From: the human T2T-CHM13v2.0 reference genome, Homo sapiens
Assembly: GCF_009914755.1 (NCBI RefSeq)
Contig: NC_060931.1
Direction: 5' to 3' (one strand)
DNA: 64,000 nt
Made by a program: the position numbers and the translations under genes. Of the stretch, positions 17,630 to 32,524 are shown one piece after another. Under the pieces are notes generated by a model. That model was not told where the DNA came from. It saw only the letters and a list, made by a program, of their open reading frames with translations, and did no database searches. Numbering within the stretch: the stretch's first letter is position 1; each line of letters opens with the position of its first letter.

Positions 17630-18025
17630 TTAATTGCCCAAAGTTAATGAGTGTGTTCGGAAAAGAACACTTTCATATCCAACTGGTAGACATGACAGTA
17701 ATAAAACCTCTCTGCTGAGTTATTTATCAATGGATATCAGAAGTCTTAATATATGTATGTACCTTTTGATTGAATAAGATCAATTCTAGGAATTTGTTCT
17801 AGGGAAATACTTATGGAATTGTACAACATTTCTACACAGATGTTCATCACAGCATTGCTTCCAGAACTAACATTTTGGAAATGAGCCAAAATAAAGTTAT
17901 TAAATAAATGATCATACATTCCCACAATAGAATGTAATGTAGCTTTTAAAGTTACATAGTGAAATAATTGAATCCTATTGAAACTAGCTCTCAGTACATT
18001 ACAGAAAGACACTTTTGATAAAGAG
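17630..18025 (+). mobile_element. Old L1 (L1ME-type) 3' fragment
   Basis: taccttttgattgaataagatcaattctaggaatttgttctagggaaat..gatgttcatcacagcattg. Confidence 0.7.
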
Positions 18026-18029
18026 ACTT

Positions 18030-18730
18030 CCAGTAAAAAATGGCAGTGGCAGATTGAACACTACATTTGAATCCACTCTTTGTTGAAAGTTTAATACAAT
18101 AGTAAAGGGGTTTTTTAAAGGAATGAACCCACAAAGACAAAGGCAAGATGAAAGGAAACAGGAATAACATTAGTTTAAATGTCGGAAAGCAGATGGACAT
18201 GTAGCCATTGACTTAGAAGATCCAAGAAAAGCTGAGCTCTAAGTCAGCAATGGGAAGAACCAATAAGCAACTTGCTTTCCATTCTATTCCAAAACTTGTA
18301 AAAGCCTCAGAAATTAATGGCATCAGGTACTTAAGAAAATGGTTGTAAAGGAGACATTAAACATAAAGTTTGAAAGTTGAGTTAAGAAGCAGTTAGGGAA
18401 AAATGTTTAATAACAAAGTAGAAAAGGAAAGCAATCAGAGGCAAAGCACCAAGCTTTATAAAGATGCAAATTTTTTTCTAAAATTTTTTTATTCCTTTTA
18501 TTTTTCTTCTAAAAAAAGCTAAAAATATGCATTTTAAAAAAAGTATTAGAAGTCATTAGATATCTAGAGACTATTTCAGATCCATGCAGCCAGCAACTAC
18601 TCTTCTCCTACCCAAGAGAGGACTGGGGACTTATCCTCTGGAGAGTAAACAACATCTCTGGCACAGTTGAGGGTAAGGGAACTATGTTGAAAAGATTAAG
18701 TGAAGGTTTATATAATGAACACAGAAATTA
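18030..18730 (+). mobile_element. HAL1 5' portion
   Basis: ggcagattgaaca..aacccacaaagacaaag..ggaaagcagatggac..gacttagaagatccaagaaaagctg..ttaagaagcagttag. Confidence 0.7.
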
Positions 18731-18734
18731 AGCC

Positions 18735-20120
18735 TAAAACTTATAAGAAAGTACAAGGAAGCCCAAATACCCATAACAATCTTTAAGAACAAAGTTGTGG
18801 GACTCACACTTTCTGATTTCAAAACCTATTACAAAGCTACAGTAATCAACACACACACATGCACACATATATATTTGTGTATATATAATTGAGAATCAAT
18901 GTATCTATTGTCAATCAGTTTTCAACAAGGGTATCAAGATCATCTCCTGGAGAAAGAATAGTCTTTGGGAAAATGGTGCTGGGCTAAATGAAACTCTACA
19001 TTCAAAAGAATGAATTTGGACTCTTACCTTATAACACATGCAAAAATTAATTCAAACTGGATTAAAGATCTAGATGTAAGTGCCAAAGCTATGAAACCTT
19101 TAGAAAAGTTAACACAGGTGTAAATTTTCTTAACTTGAATAAGACAACATTTTCTTAAATATGACACCAAAAACATAAGCAACCAAAGGAAAAAATAAAT
19201 AAATTGAACTGCCTCAAAATAAAACTTCAGTATTTCAAGGGGCACAATCAAGAAAGTGAAAATTCAGTCCACTGAAAATATTTGAATACCATACATCTGT
19301 TAAGGGACTTGTATCTAGAATACATAAAGAACTCTTACAACTCAGTAATAAAAAGATAAATAACCCAGTTCAAAAATGGGCAAAGGATCTGAATAGAGAT
19401 TTTTTCAAAGATGACATAGGAACGGCCAAGAGGAATGTGAAAAATGGTGTTCAACATCAATAGTTATTAGGTAAAGGCAAATCAAAGCCATAAGGAGATG
19501 CAACTTCCCATCAACTGGGATGCTTAAATAAATTTTAAGAAAGCATGATAGTGCTTTTCTAAACAAGTTTCATAAACAAGTGTCTATGAGGATGTGGAGA
19601 AATTAGAACCCTTACACATTGCTGGTGGGGATGTACAATGTTACAACCACCATGGAAAACAGTAGTTTCTTGTGGCGCTACATATGCAATTACTACGTGA
19701 CTTAGTAATTGCACTCTTGGGCATTTCTCCCAGAGAAATGACAATTATGTTCATACAAAAACCTGTACCTGGGTCTTCAAAGCAGCTTCATTCATGAAAG
19801 CCCAAAACAGAAAGCATCCCAGATGTTCCTCAGTAAGGAAATGGTTAAGCAAACTGTGGTGCATACATACCATGATATCTTACTAAGCAATCAAAAGGAA
19901 GCAACTATTGATACATGCAGCAACAACTTGGATGGATCTCTAAGTAATTATGCTGAGTGAAACAAACTTACCCCAAAGGTTACATATTATATGACTCCAT
20001 ATTTATATAATGGTTTTGAAATGACAAAATTTTAGAAATGGAGAACAGGCTGGTGGTTGCTGAGGGTGAGGAAGAACAGGTAGGAGGGGCAGAAGGAAGA
20101 GGGTGTGGTTATAAAAGGTG
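18735..20120 (+). mobile_element. L1M (L1MB/L1MC-type) ORF2 end and 3' UTR remnant
   Basis: aacaaagttgtgggactcacactttctgatttcaaaacctattacaaagctacagtaatcaa; later aggatgtggagaaattagaaccc and aaaggttacatattatatgactcc; may be two pieces. Confidence 0.9.
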
Positions 20121-20260
20121 TTTATGTAATCATCATAATAGAAATATTAAATTGATATAATCAAAATTAAAATATACCTAACTCAAAAGGATGGAGGAAT
20201 GGAAACTGTGGATATTTAGTGGGGGGTGGGACAGAGTGAAAGAAAACTAAATCCCCAGAT
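20120..20260 (+). mobile_element. HAL1 3' portion
   Basis: catcataatagaaatattaaattgatataatcaaaatt..gaaaactaaatcccca. Confidence 0.5.
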
Positions 20261-20294
20261 TTGAGAGGGATTAGTTATTTCTGTGATATTAGCC

Positions 20295-20405
20295 TCCATT
20301 TTCAGTAAATGTTGAGCAAGCATCTCTACCTTGTCAGGCAACATGGTAGGCTCTGGGGACATTAAGAAAAATTAGATTGGCCTCTGCCCGTAGAAGCACA
20401 TAACT
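20295..20405 (-). mobile_element. L2 3' end
   Basis: ttcagtaaatgttgagc..gtcaggcaacatggtaggctctggggaca..cctctgccc. Confidence 0.6.
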
Positions 20406-21524
20406 ACTCTTCAAATGAAGAATATTTAAATACCTTCGATAAAATCTTGAATCAACCTTTGCTCATGATTACAAATGGTTCCTTCTTGTAGGAAGTGCAG
20501 CTACAAATGTTCCAAGGGATAAAGAAGAAGATATAGCTGGGGAACAGATAGCTGTGTTTTTTTGATGTCCCTGTAGACTTCACAACGAGGAGTTCTCCAA
20601 ATTATTTCAGGCAGGATATATTTCCGGTTTTAAAAAGAGAAAGTCTTTCTCCTCCTAGAGACAGAGAAACAACACTGTCATAAAACACTGAGAACACATT
20701 ACTTCATGTTCACCATAGAAGCACTGAAACAAAGTTTTTCTGACTATATAGGTTAAACAAAAATGACCTATTCTTCTATTCCAAATGGGAAATAATAAAT
20801 GACTGATAACCAAGGTCTCAGCCAATAACCTCCTTTCAAATCAAAAGTTGATATATAATGGATCTTAGTCTCCTCAGCATATTAATAATGACTATATTAC
20901 CAACATTATAATTAACGTTATATTAATAATAATTAACAATGATAACGACATGTACCATAAAATGTTTTTAAATCTTATTCTTTTCTAGATTAATTTCCTT
21001 TTTTCTCTTAGGGTCTAAATCAACTCCTCATGAATCACACCCTGCCCCACTGTCATATCAGCAATTTTAACTTAAACAGAAAATTATATTAATTGCTTTG
21101 GATCAGATCACACATTACATTCTCCCATTTATATACTCTCCTTTGACTTCTCTGACAGTGATGCTCTCAATGAATCCTTTTCATATATAATAATAGGGCT
21201 TCCTCAGCTGAGGGCATAATACCTCCTGGATCTGCCTGACTGACAGATGAAAGTTTGGCATGTTCTTAAGAGGAAATGGACATGTTAATTAGCACAGTTA
21301 CTCACAAGTGCTTTGGAAACTATGCCCTAAAGTTGATGACTATACTAAACGTTGATGGGAGATTCTTAGTCTTAGAGTAAGGAGACTCTTTGAGTCATGG
21401 CACTTCTTATTAGAAATGGGGAAGTCATGTAAAAGCCCTAAATCCTTCTACCCAAGAATCTCAAATCACAGATTTTTAAGCTTTTATTTCCCACTCTGGG
21501 CCTGAAAGCTGCTAAACCAGCTGG

Positions 21525-22466
21525 GTAGTGCAAAGGCAATTTAGTGGAGAAAGGATCGTTTTTTCAAGAAACGGTGCTGGAACGAATGGAAATTCATATA
21601 CCAAAAAAAAATGTACATCAGTCCATACCTCACGCCATATAAAAATTAACTAAAAAATAGACAATAGACCAAAATGCAATACCTAAAACTATAAACTTCC
21701 AGAAGAAAACAAAGAAAAAATATTGCTACTTTAGGCAGAGCTTTCTTAGATACAATATGAAAAGCATAATCCATAAAGAAATAAATCGATAAATTGGGCT
21801 TAAAAATAAAAACTTCTGTGTCTTAAAAATCATTGTTGAGAAAGTAAAATGCAAGCCACCAACTGGAAAAAATATTTTCAAAACATCTCCATCAAAGAAC
21901 TCGTATATAGAATATATGATGAACTCTGGCAACTCAATAATAACATGGGGAAAATCCTAGTTTACATATAGGCAAAGGATTTCAACAGGTATTTCAACAA
22001 AGAAGGTATATGGATGGTGGAGAAACACATGAAAAAAATGCTCAACATCGTTGTTCATTAGAGAAATGTAAGTTAGAACCACAATAAGATACAATTGTAC
22101 ATACACTAGAGTGGCTAAAAGTAAAAAGATTGACCATAAGAAGTTTTAGTAAGAATGCAGAGAAATTGGCTGTCTCATACACTGCTGGTGAGAGTGTGTC
22201 ATGGAATAGCCACGTTAGAAAACAGTCTATAGTGTCCTAAAATTTAACCATACACCTACCATAGCTATTCCCCTCCTAGGTATTTACCTAAGAGAAAAGA
22301 AAGCATAAGTCTTTACAAAGACTTATACATGAATGTTCATGGCAGATTTACTTGTAAGAGCCAAAACCTGTTAACAACACAAATGTCTATCAACAAGTGC
22401 ATGAATAAACAAACTATGGTGTATATATATATATATACATATACACAATGGGATACAACTCAACAG
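21525..22466 (+). mobile_element. L1MD-type fragment (5' piece, interrupted)
   Basis: gtgcaaaggcaatttagtggagaaaggat..; ccctcctaggtatttacctaagagaaa; resumes at ~25905. Confidence 0.9.
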
Positions 22467-22894
22467 TTGGTTTTTATTATGATTTTTAATTGACATGATA
22501 ATTGTACATATTTATGGGGTACAGTGTGATTTTTGATACATGTATACAATGTGTAATAATCAAATCAGGGTAATTAGCATATTCATCACTGCAAACGTTT
22601 ACCATATTTTGTGTTGGGAACATTCAAAATCTTCTAGCTATTTGAAAATATGTAATAAATTGTTGTTAATTATAGTCACCCTACAGTTCTATAAAATACT
22701 ATTCTATCTAGCTGTAATTTTGTATCCATTAATCAACCTCTCACTATCCCCTCCTCCACTCTATGATTCCCAGCCTTTAGTAAACACTCTTCTACTCTCT
22801 ACTTCTCTGAGAACAACATTGGTAGCTTGCGCTTATGAGTGAGAACACTCAATACTTTATGTGCCTGGCTTATTTCACTCAACATAAAATGCTC

Positions 22895-23223
<329 letters not shown>

Positions 23224-25213
23224 CTAAGCTCATTCATGTTCCTGCAAATGACAGAATCTCATCTTTTTATAGCAGAACAGTATTATATTGTGTATATATA
23301 CCATATTTTCTTTATCCATTGATGAACACTTAGTTGAATTCCATATCCTAGCTATTGTGAATAGTGCCGCAATAAACATGGGAGTGCAGATACCTCTTTG
23401 ACATACCTATTTTATCTCCTTTGGATATAAACCTAGTAGGGGGCTTGAGAGGTCATGTGATAATTCTATTTTTTGTGTTTTGAGGAAACTCCATACTGTT
23501 TTCCGTAATGGCTATACTAATTTAAATTTCCACTAACAGTGTAAAAGAGTTCCCCTTTTTCTGCATGCTGAGCAGGATTTGTTATTTTTTGTCTTTTTGA
23601 TAATAGGCAGTCTACCTGGATGCTATGATATCTCATTGTGGTTTCGATTTGCATTTATTTCCCTGATGATTAGTGATGGCAAGCACTTTTTCAAGAACCT
23701 GTTGGCCATGCCTATGTCTTCTTTTGCAAAATGTATATTCACCTCATTTGCCCATTTTTTAAAAACTGGATTATTTGATTTGATGTTGTTGTTGTTGTTT
23801 TGTTGTTGTTTGAGTTCCCTGTATACTCGGGATATTAATCCCTTGTTGGATGAATAGTTTGCAAATATTTTCTCTTATTCTACTGGCTGTCTTTTCATTC
23901 TGTTGATTGTTCCCTTTCCTGTGCAGAAGTTTTTAGTTTGATGTAATCCTGTTTGTTTAGTTTTGCTTTTGGTGCCTGTGCTTTTGATATTTTATCCATA
24001 AAATATTTTACCCAGAACAATATCCTGAAGACTTTCTCCCACGTGTTCTTCTGGCAGTTTTATAGTTTCAAGTCTTCCATTTTAGTCTAATTCACTCTGA
24101 GTTGATTTTTGTATATGGTGAGAGAAAGAGGTCTAGTTTCATTCTTTTGTGTATGTATATCCAGTTTTCCCAGCACCATTTATTGAAGAGACTGTCTTTT
24201 CCCCAGTGAGTACTCTTGGGTGTCTTTGTTAAATATCAGTTCCCTATAAATAGGTAAATTTATTTCTGGGTTCTGTACTCTGTACCATTGGTCTATGTGT
24301 CTGTTTTTATGCCAGTACCATGTTGTTTTGGTTCTATAGCTTTGTAATATATTTTGAAGTCAGATAGTGTGATGTCTATAGCTTTGTCCTTTTTGCTCTG
24401 GATTACCTTGGATATTCAGGGTCTTTTGTTATTGCATATGAATTTTAGGATTTTTTATCCTTTTTTTGTGAAGAATTGTATTTTGATAGGAATTGCACTG
24501 AATCTATAGATCACTTTTGGTAGTACAGGCATTTTCACAATATTAAATTCTCCAATTCATGAACATTAGGTGTATTTCCATTTGTTTGTGACCTCTTCAA
24601 TTTCTTTCATCACTGTTTTGTCATTTTTCTCATAGAAATCTTTTACCTCCTTGGTAAATTTATTCCCAGGATTTTTTTGTAGCAATTGTAAATGGGATTG
24701 CTTTCTTGATTTCTTTTTCAGTGAGTTCATTATTGGTGCCTAGAAATGCTACTGATTTTTGTATGTTGATTTTGCATCCCACAACTTTACTGAATTTATC
24801 AATTCTAAGACTTTTTTGATAGAGCTTTTAGGGTTTTCTCTATATCTGATTATGTTATCTAAAAAGTGGGACAATTTGACTTCCTCCTTTCCAAATTAGA
24901 TGTCCTTTCTTTCTTTTGCCTAATTGCTCTGGCTAGGACTTCCAGTACTATGTTGAGTAAGAGCAGTGAGAATGATTGCCTTGTCTTGTTTCAGTTCTTA
25001 AAGGTAAAACTCACCTTTTTGCCATTCAGTATGATACTTACTTTATTGTGTTGAGGTATGTTCTTTCTGTACTTACTTTGTTGAGAGCTTTTATCATGAA
25101 GGGAAGTTAAATTTTATCAAATGTTTTTCCTGCATCTATTGGGATGATCACATAGATTTTGTCCTTCATTCTGTTGATATGATTTATCCCATTTTTTGAT
25201 TTGCTTATGTTGA

Positions 25214-25578
<365 letters not shown>

Positions 25579-25904
25579 ATGAAGGACATTTTTAATGTAC
25601 TAGTGGATTTGATTTGCTAGTATTCTGTTGAGAATTTTTGTGTTCATCAGGGATATTAACCTGTTGTTTTCTTTTGTGTGTGTGTTCTCTTCTCTAGTTT
25701 TGATAGCAGGGTATTGCTAGCCTCATATGAGTTTGGAAGAATTCTCTCCTTTTTAATTTTCTGGTAAAGTTTGCAAAGTACTGGTACTAGTTTCTTAAAT
25801 GTTTAGTAGAATTCAGCAATGAAGCCATCAACTGTAAGGAGGCTTTTCATTACTGATTGAATCTCATCACCAGTAACTTGTCTGTTCTATTTTTCTTCTT
25901 CTTT

Positions 25905-26227
25905 TTATGGAAAATTTTGGGAAATGTGAACTAATATACAATGACAGAAATCAGATCAGTAGTTACCTGGACATGGGTGAAGGGGTGGTACAGGAGGTAA
26001 TCAGTGGTTACATGGAGATGGGTGTTGGGGTTGTATAGGAGGGTCCGGTGGGGGGTATTATGAAGGGGAACAAGGAAACTTTGGGGAGTAATGGATATGT
26101 TCACTACCCTTATCAAGGTAATTGTTTCACTGATTTACACATGTGTCAAAATTCATCAAATTGTAGACTCTACATATGTACAGTTTATTATATGTCAATT
26201 ATACCTCAATAAAGCTATTTAAATAAA
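25905..26227 (+). mobile_element. L1MD-type 3' end (continuation of 21525-22466)
   Basis: gacagaaatcagatcagtagttacctgg..ggaaactttggggagtaatggatatgttcac..tatgtcaattatacctcaataaagc. Confidence 0.9.
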
Positions 26228-27199
26228 GGTAAGTTCACCTTTTACTAATTGTAACAGAGAGCTCTCTGGAATTTACTTTCTTTATTTGTGAATGACAATA
26301 ATAGTTGAGTCCCATGTACCCTCCAGGTTACTAGAGGGATCAACTGAGATGATTTTAAAATGATCTGCAAATTGCAAAGAGCCATCCATACAAAATATAC
26401 TATTTCTGTTGACATGATTATTATTAATTTCAAAAACCCTAGATGATCAACGAGCAAATCAGTGATTTCTGGTGGAAAAGAGGCATGTGGACAAATGTAA
26501 AAGGCCTGAGAAGCAGAGAATTCAGTTTGGCACACTTGAATTCTGAAGAGAGCCAGTTACCCCACCAACCTTTGACTCATATTAGTGATTTTCTGTCCTC
26601 AACTGCCAACATTAGTCCTTGCCACCTTAGCTCATTTCGATTCAAACATAAACTGCACTTTTATTTATTTCATTTCTCTTGTCTTTCTCCCAGGAGAAGT
26701 GTATAGAAGGAGTGGCCAAGACAGTTATGACAAATAAGCAGTGAAACCCAAGTGGCCTCCATGGTCCTCCCTACTACCCTGAGCCAAGTCAGTTTAGCTG
26801 AAGACCCCTGCTCTTTCAACAGTTCTCTGGCTGATACAAATTCAGAGCACTCATCAAGACTTTTGTAAATTCTCTCACAAAATCCATGCTCATGGGCTCC
26901 CCCGGCTTCTGGACCCTGGCAAGTGGATGTAGTGTTTCTGTCTATAACAACATCTCTTGAGACATTAAAGTCCCATCACTGGTTTCCACTAAAGACATAG
27001 ATCTATAGGTCATGAGTTTTGTAGCTCTTATTGGAGAATTGAAGGTCAATCACAGCAATTACTTTACAGACCATAAAGCCTTTGTCGTCTATCTGTACCT
27101 CATACTTTCTCCTTGCACGGTTCTGGCAGCTCCAAAAACTTCTTTTCTAGGTAGAATAATTCTCCCTCAGAAGCCTCGAGACTCACACATGCCAAGGTC

Positions 27200-29005
27200 T
27201 GTGGACCTTTCTCCTACCACAGGCATAGATTGAGGAATTTTTCTAGTAAAGACAATTTCCTCCTAAGAGAATTCTGGTACCAGCTATTAAGAAAATAACT
27301 ATTTTTAAATTTCAATTGTTACTGTAGGATGTTAAGGCAATTCAGAGTTAGAAATTATATAATAATGTTCCCTAGAAACATATTCAAAACAGCCTTGAGC
27401 CAAATAGAAGGATTTGAAGTTCTTTGCCCTTTTACTTACAAAGCATAGCCTCGTTCCTTTTTCCAGGTATATTTCCATTCCCTTCTAATCTATGTGCATT
27501 TCTTAACTCTCATTATTTTTCTCAGAAATGTTTAACTGAGTCTTTCATGTCTCAGGTAAGGAAGGGTAACAATTATTTAAGGTGTGACAGGTCCCATCTA
27601 TATTTTTAAAGGATAATTGTGTAGAATTGGCTGCAGAGTGTTTGGCATTTTTTGGGCAAGGTACCACTCTTTCATGGGATCTGAGATTATAATTATATGA
27701 GCAATTTACCTCTTTATACATGTAAAAAACACAATGAATTGCAAGCAGCATTTTATTAGAATCATGTATCAGCCAGATTCACTCAATTATCACGTAAAAA
27801 TATATGGTCAGAAAAAGGGTCATTGATGTGCATATCTTCTATATTTAGATAATTGAAGTCATATGTCTCATGACTTAAAATCAAATTAAAATATAATACC
27901 TAAAGAAAAAGGCACATTTTCCCCTAGGTACTAGCAGCCGAAGATAGGTTAGATGAATTCAAGGTGAATGAAGTTGGTACTTATTTATAGAGATGAATTT
28001 GATTTCATATTTAAGGTTATATAATAGTTTTAGAGCTAGTATTATGGTCCATAGTCTGAGGTCTGGCATTAGCAGTGAGTTTGGTCTTATGTTACTTGTT
28101 GTTTGAAGTGCGCCTGTAATTTCTCAATGCCAGTGAGCTATATGAAGGTTATATAATCTCTATTTTCCAAGTACAGAAACAAAAGTTTCAGGTTTGGTTG
28201 TGGAACTTCTCTTGAAAGTGAGCTCACACTCAAAGCCGGGTCACAGAACCGGAAATCAGAGGTCACTTCCTAAAGCCATTTTCTTTTGAATATTTGCAAA
28301 TCTTGATTCAGTTCATTAATACTTTCCATATTATAACTTCCACACACTTCTTCATACATAAATTACAATTATAGACTTTACAGTCTCCTTCAAAGTCTAA
28401 ATATTTGAGTTTTAGATTCTGCAAGACAAGCAAACTACTTAAAATTTAGTAACAGCTATAGCTATAATCAATTTTGCTCTCTTTGTTCCCGAATCAGCCC
28501 TCATTCATCAGTAAAGAGGTTGTCCTCTGTGGGTCTTTATCAGCTGCACTCTCACTCCGGCAAAAATGGGTCTTTCCCTCTGGCTCCCTCATCAATTGCT
28601 CATTCTCATTTTCCGGCACACCCACATCCCTTTCCATGCAGTATCCATCACTTGCCTGCTTGAGGCTCATACTTACACTCTGTCATTCCCCAGCTCTGCC
28701 CTGCCAAGCAGGGACACTGCATTGCCCCCACTCCCTTGTTCACTGGCTTCCAGGTAGGCTCAGCCAGTGGGAGACACTGGAGAATGACTGGAGTGTGGGA
28801 GAGGGGAGAAGCCAGGGCATTGCTTTCTCCCTTGCTCTGCCTCAAGGCAGGGCGGCAAGCTCACCACAGCAGCAGCATCTTCTCTGCGGTCACGCAATTA
28901 GTCAGATGGCTTCTCCCTCCCTGCATGGCTAAGCACCTTCCAGACAGCCCTTACTGTGGGTGAAGCTCCAGCTAAATTGTCCCAGTTTCTAGGCTCTGGT
29001 ATCCC
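27200..29005 (+). repeat. Copy B of the ancient local direct duplication
   Basis: See copy A; core 28464-28970 is ~90% identical to 15272-15775. Confidence 0.85.
28637..29005 (+). mobile_element. LTR33 5' part (duplicated copy, 3'-truncated)
   Basis: Paralogous to 15445-15810, at the same position relative to shared upstream flank. Confidence 0.75.
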
Positions 29006-29079
29006 CATGAGTAAATGAGTATCTGAGTACATAGCCCCGAGGTTTGAACAAATAGAAATCCCTTAAAAATGAATGCTTA

Positions 29080-29262
29080 AAGTTAATATCATCAGTTATG
29101 TCTTGTTAATAGCATATACCGTTGGTAGGGGCTGATGAGAATGGTACTTTACTCATGTGGTCTTTCTCCCCCAAACCTGCAACCCCAGTCTAATCATGGG
29201 AAAAACATCATACATTCCCAGTTTGGAGGATATTCTACAAAATACTTGAGCAGCACTTCTCC
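29080..29262 (+). mobile_element. L1MC3/4 3'-UTR fragment
   Basis: gatgagaatggtactttac..aaccccagtctaatcatgggaaaaacatca..gatattctacaaaatacttga. Confidence 0.8.
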
Positions 29263-29754
29263 CAAATTAATGATCTAAATATTTTTGCAATAATATTTCC
29301 TATTTTATTCCTTAAAAACAGTGAGAATGTAATGAAGGCTTAGTTATAGTGAAAATTGAAAGATGTATTGAAAATACTATACTTAATATCTTAAAGTCTT
29401 GTTGATTTGGACCTCACTAATACATACAAACATTCACACCCATGTAACATACATAATTTATACCTATGTGTGTTTTGGGGTAGGACTACTTTGTTTCTGC
29501 TTTCAAAAGCCAAATAAAATGTCATGTGTAGTTTGATCTCAACACAACATAAATAATATAACATTTCAATAATATAATATTCAATAATATAATAAAAATA
29601 TTAATTATATATATCTTTTATTCCACCCTATTATATATTTTCCCCAAACTTAATTCTCTCCTCCAAACTACAACTAACAAACTATTCAAAAGACAGATTG
29701 CGTGTATTACTTCCATATCTTTACTCTCCACTCATCTCAACCTTTAGCACCTAA

Positions 29755-29912
29755 GATGGAAGGCACATTTTTTTATAATGTAATCTTAGAACTGGCATCC
29801 CGCCACTTTCACCATATGCCATTGGTCACACAGATCAACCTTGATACAACTGGGGATGGGGGAGCTACAGGAAGCCAGGATCACTGGGGATCACCTGTGA
29901 GGCTGGCTACCT
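29755..29912 (-). mobile_element. MLT1 (F/G/H-like) LTR fragment
   Basis: attggtcacacagatcaaccttgataca..ggatcactggggatcacctgtgaggctggctacc. Confidence 0.75.
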
Positions 29913-30824
29913 TGGAACAATAAGCTATTAATATTGGACTCTTTCTTCCTCCTCACTTATACATAGCACCCTGAATCCATGTGCAGTAACAGATGAGAAT
30001 GGATATTGGTTTCATCACTGGAAAGAAAAGGGGATTTTTTCTTTTTGATGAGGCAGAGGGAGGAGAGAGATGAGGAAACTGGAAGAAAAAATTTGGTTCT
30101 TTGGTCGATCTAGAGTCCTGGACTGAATGTGGGTCACTAGGATGGAATTTCACACATAGGACACAATTTCACGCAATGGAAGAACCCAGTTTTGAGAAAA
30201 TCTTTGTGTAGTTCAGCCTAGAAGCTGAAAGAATGTCTAGCCCCTTTGTGAAATTCCATACAAAAGAAGAAATGCATTAAGGTCTGGAGGACAAAGAATA
30301 GCAGAAGTTTGACATAAAACTGGCTCTCACCTGTGGAACTAGGGCCACTCCAGTCTCTGAGCCTCTAGGATCAGAACATTTGACATTCTGTGGAATTCCT
30401 CCTTCAGAGACTCCCAGAAAACACTCCCATAGTTATCCCCATTTAAGAGGAAGAGATAAGTCTCTGTAACAAAGACATAAATGTAAACGTGAATTGATTT
30501 TGTAGGCTCAGGTAGGTGAGGTCAAGCTACCAATCTCTATCTTGGGACTCTCATTTACTTTGTAAAATTCCAGACCATATGTATACAGGTGACTTTTGAA
30601 TACATATCTTTAGTCTTAGTCTGTCTTCTAATCCTCAGAGCAGCATGTTAAAAAGCTGAACATTTGTGTCTACTTCCCAGTGGCCCCTCAAACACATGAC
30701 AAGAATCAATATTTGCTTCTCTTCCTAACATTTTTATTTCTATTAATAATACTTTTACTCTCCTAGTCAATTTTAAAATTTTAACCTATTACAACTCCCT
30801 TTCTACCCAAACTCCCTTGGATCC

Positions 30825-31380
30825 ATAAGGGTGATTCTGGCTGTTAGGAACAGAAACTGTATCCAAAATGGACTCAAACCATAGGAAATTGTTATCTTGC
30901 CTAACTGCAAGTCCAGAGGCAGTATGGAAGCTAAGAGAGAAGAAGGAAGGAGGAGTTTCTAATCAACAGACCAATGCCGTCAACTATGGCTTGGGTTACT
31001 TCAACCCCTGTGCTCTGCTGTTTCAGCCTAAGTCTAGGTCTCTTTATGGTCACATGATGCTTAAAGTGACAATTAGGACAACACTCCTAGTTCCAGCCGG
31101 AGGAAGAAATCATGTTCCCATTGGGTTATAAATACTTCCCTTCCATCTGACTGGGCCAATTTTGCTTGCAAGACTGCCTATGAATTCTAAAGAGTTTTCA
31201 GGTAAAGGCTATGCAGTGGTTTACTTAAACTAATGAGAATCCATCCCAGGAGAAGACAGGTAGAGTCATATTTTCCCCAGGCTGTGTAAGAGACACTTGG
31301 ATGCCTAAATACAGCCATGCTTCTATGAGGAAGAAGATGTGAATGGATCCCAACTCAATCAGAATGATCAACAGGATGAC
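30825..31380 (-). mobile_element. Old MLT1 (J-N type) LTR relic
   Basis: ggctgttaggaacagaaac..ccaaaatggactcaaacc..taactgcaagtccagaggcag. Confidence 0.5.
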
Positions 31381-31399
31381 AGATATCATAGTCAGATTG

Positions 31400-32150
31400 A
31401 CCTCACATTATCTCCCTAAAGTGCAAATCTGATAATGTCACTATGATTCTTTGTTGTCTTATAAACAACAGTTAAAATGATTTTATACTGAATATACATT
31501 TCCTTTATACTCTGGTCCTAACACAACCTTAAAGCATGAATATTCCTTATACTCCAGACAGTCCAGGCCATTCACCATTCCTCTAATAATGCTGCACTCC
31601 ATCTCATGTTCCTGGTTTTGTGGACATTAATATTTCCATTGGGGATTTCCACCAACCCTTGTTTCCATCAGCTAAGCTATTGCTTATACATCTATGGCAG
31701 TAGCTCTCAAAATTAGCTAGATATTACGATCACCTGGGAGATTTTTAAAAATTATCTATGCCTGGGATCCATAGAGTTTCTGATTTAATTGATCTGGGGA
31801 AGGGCAAAGACACTATTTTTTGTTTGTTTTGTTGTGTTTTGAGTTTTTAAATTTTGGTTTTTGATTTAAACCTCTCAAGGTGATTCTAATGTTCAGCCAG
31901 GATTGAGGACTACTGCTCCAGAACAATGACTCATCCTTTCACCCACACAGCTGAAGGTAAATCTCTTCTGCTCTTACGCCTCTGCAGCATTTGCATCACT
32001 GTCTCTTACTGACTTCTGTTGTAGTTACATGTGTGCCTCACTCAACAATGTTCCCAGATTGTATGCAAATTCTTTGGGGACAAGGTCCCTGCGATATTAC
32101 ATACCACATGGTCTAGCATATAGTAGGTAATAAAAATCAATTCATGAAAA
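31400..32150 (+). mobile_element. L2 3' fragment interrupted by MER5A
   Basis: tgcaaatctgataatgtcac..ctccagacagtccaggccattc..; 3' end ggtctagcatatagtaggtaataaaa. Confidence 0.55.
31698..31915. mobile_element. MER5A hAT-Charlie MITE
   Basis: TIR-like ends cagtagctctcaa ... ttgaggactactg; gatcacctgggag, tctgatttaattg, aggtgattctaatg. Confidence 0.88.
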
Positions 32151-32524
32151 CGTAAGTACAAAAACACAGAAATATTTAAAATAAAATAATACTTTCCAAT
32201 AATAGAATAAAGATGTACACTTTGTACCATGCAATGCTTTGTCAGACTGTCAGAAATTCAAAATAATTTGTCACCACCTCTGGGACCTCACTAAAGAATA
32301 ATAATGATGAAAGGGACTTTGCTGATATATACAAATTAAACCTTGCTTAACTGTTGTCACACTCAATAGAATCCGTAGATACAAAAGGACTTCTAACTTC
32401 AAACCATAAGAACCAATTCTCATCAGTATATCCATCTAAACATAGTTTTTTAATCCAAAGATTCTTAAAGAAACACAAAGTATTAAATATTCACTCTGTG
32501 TTCAGTTCTTTGCAAATCCCATTC

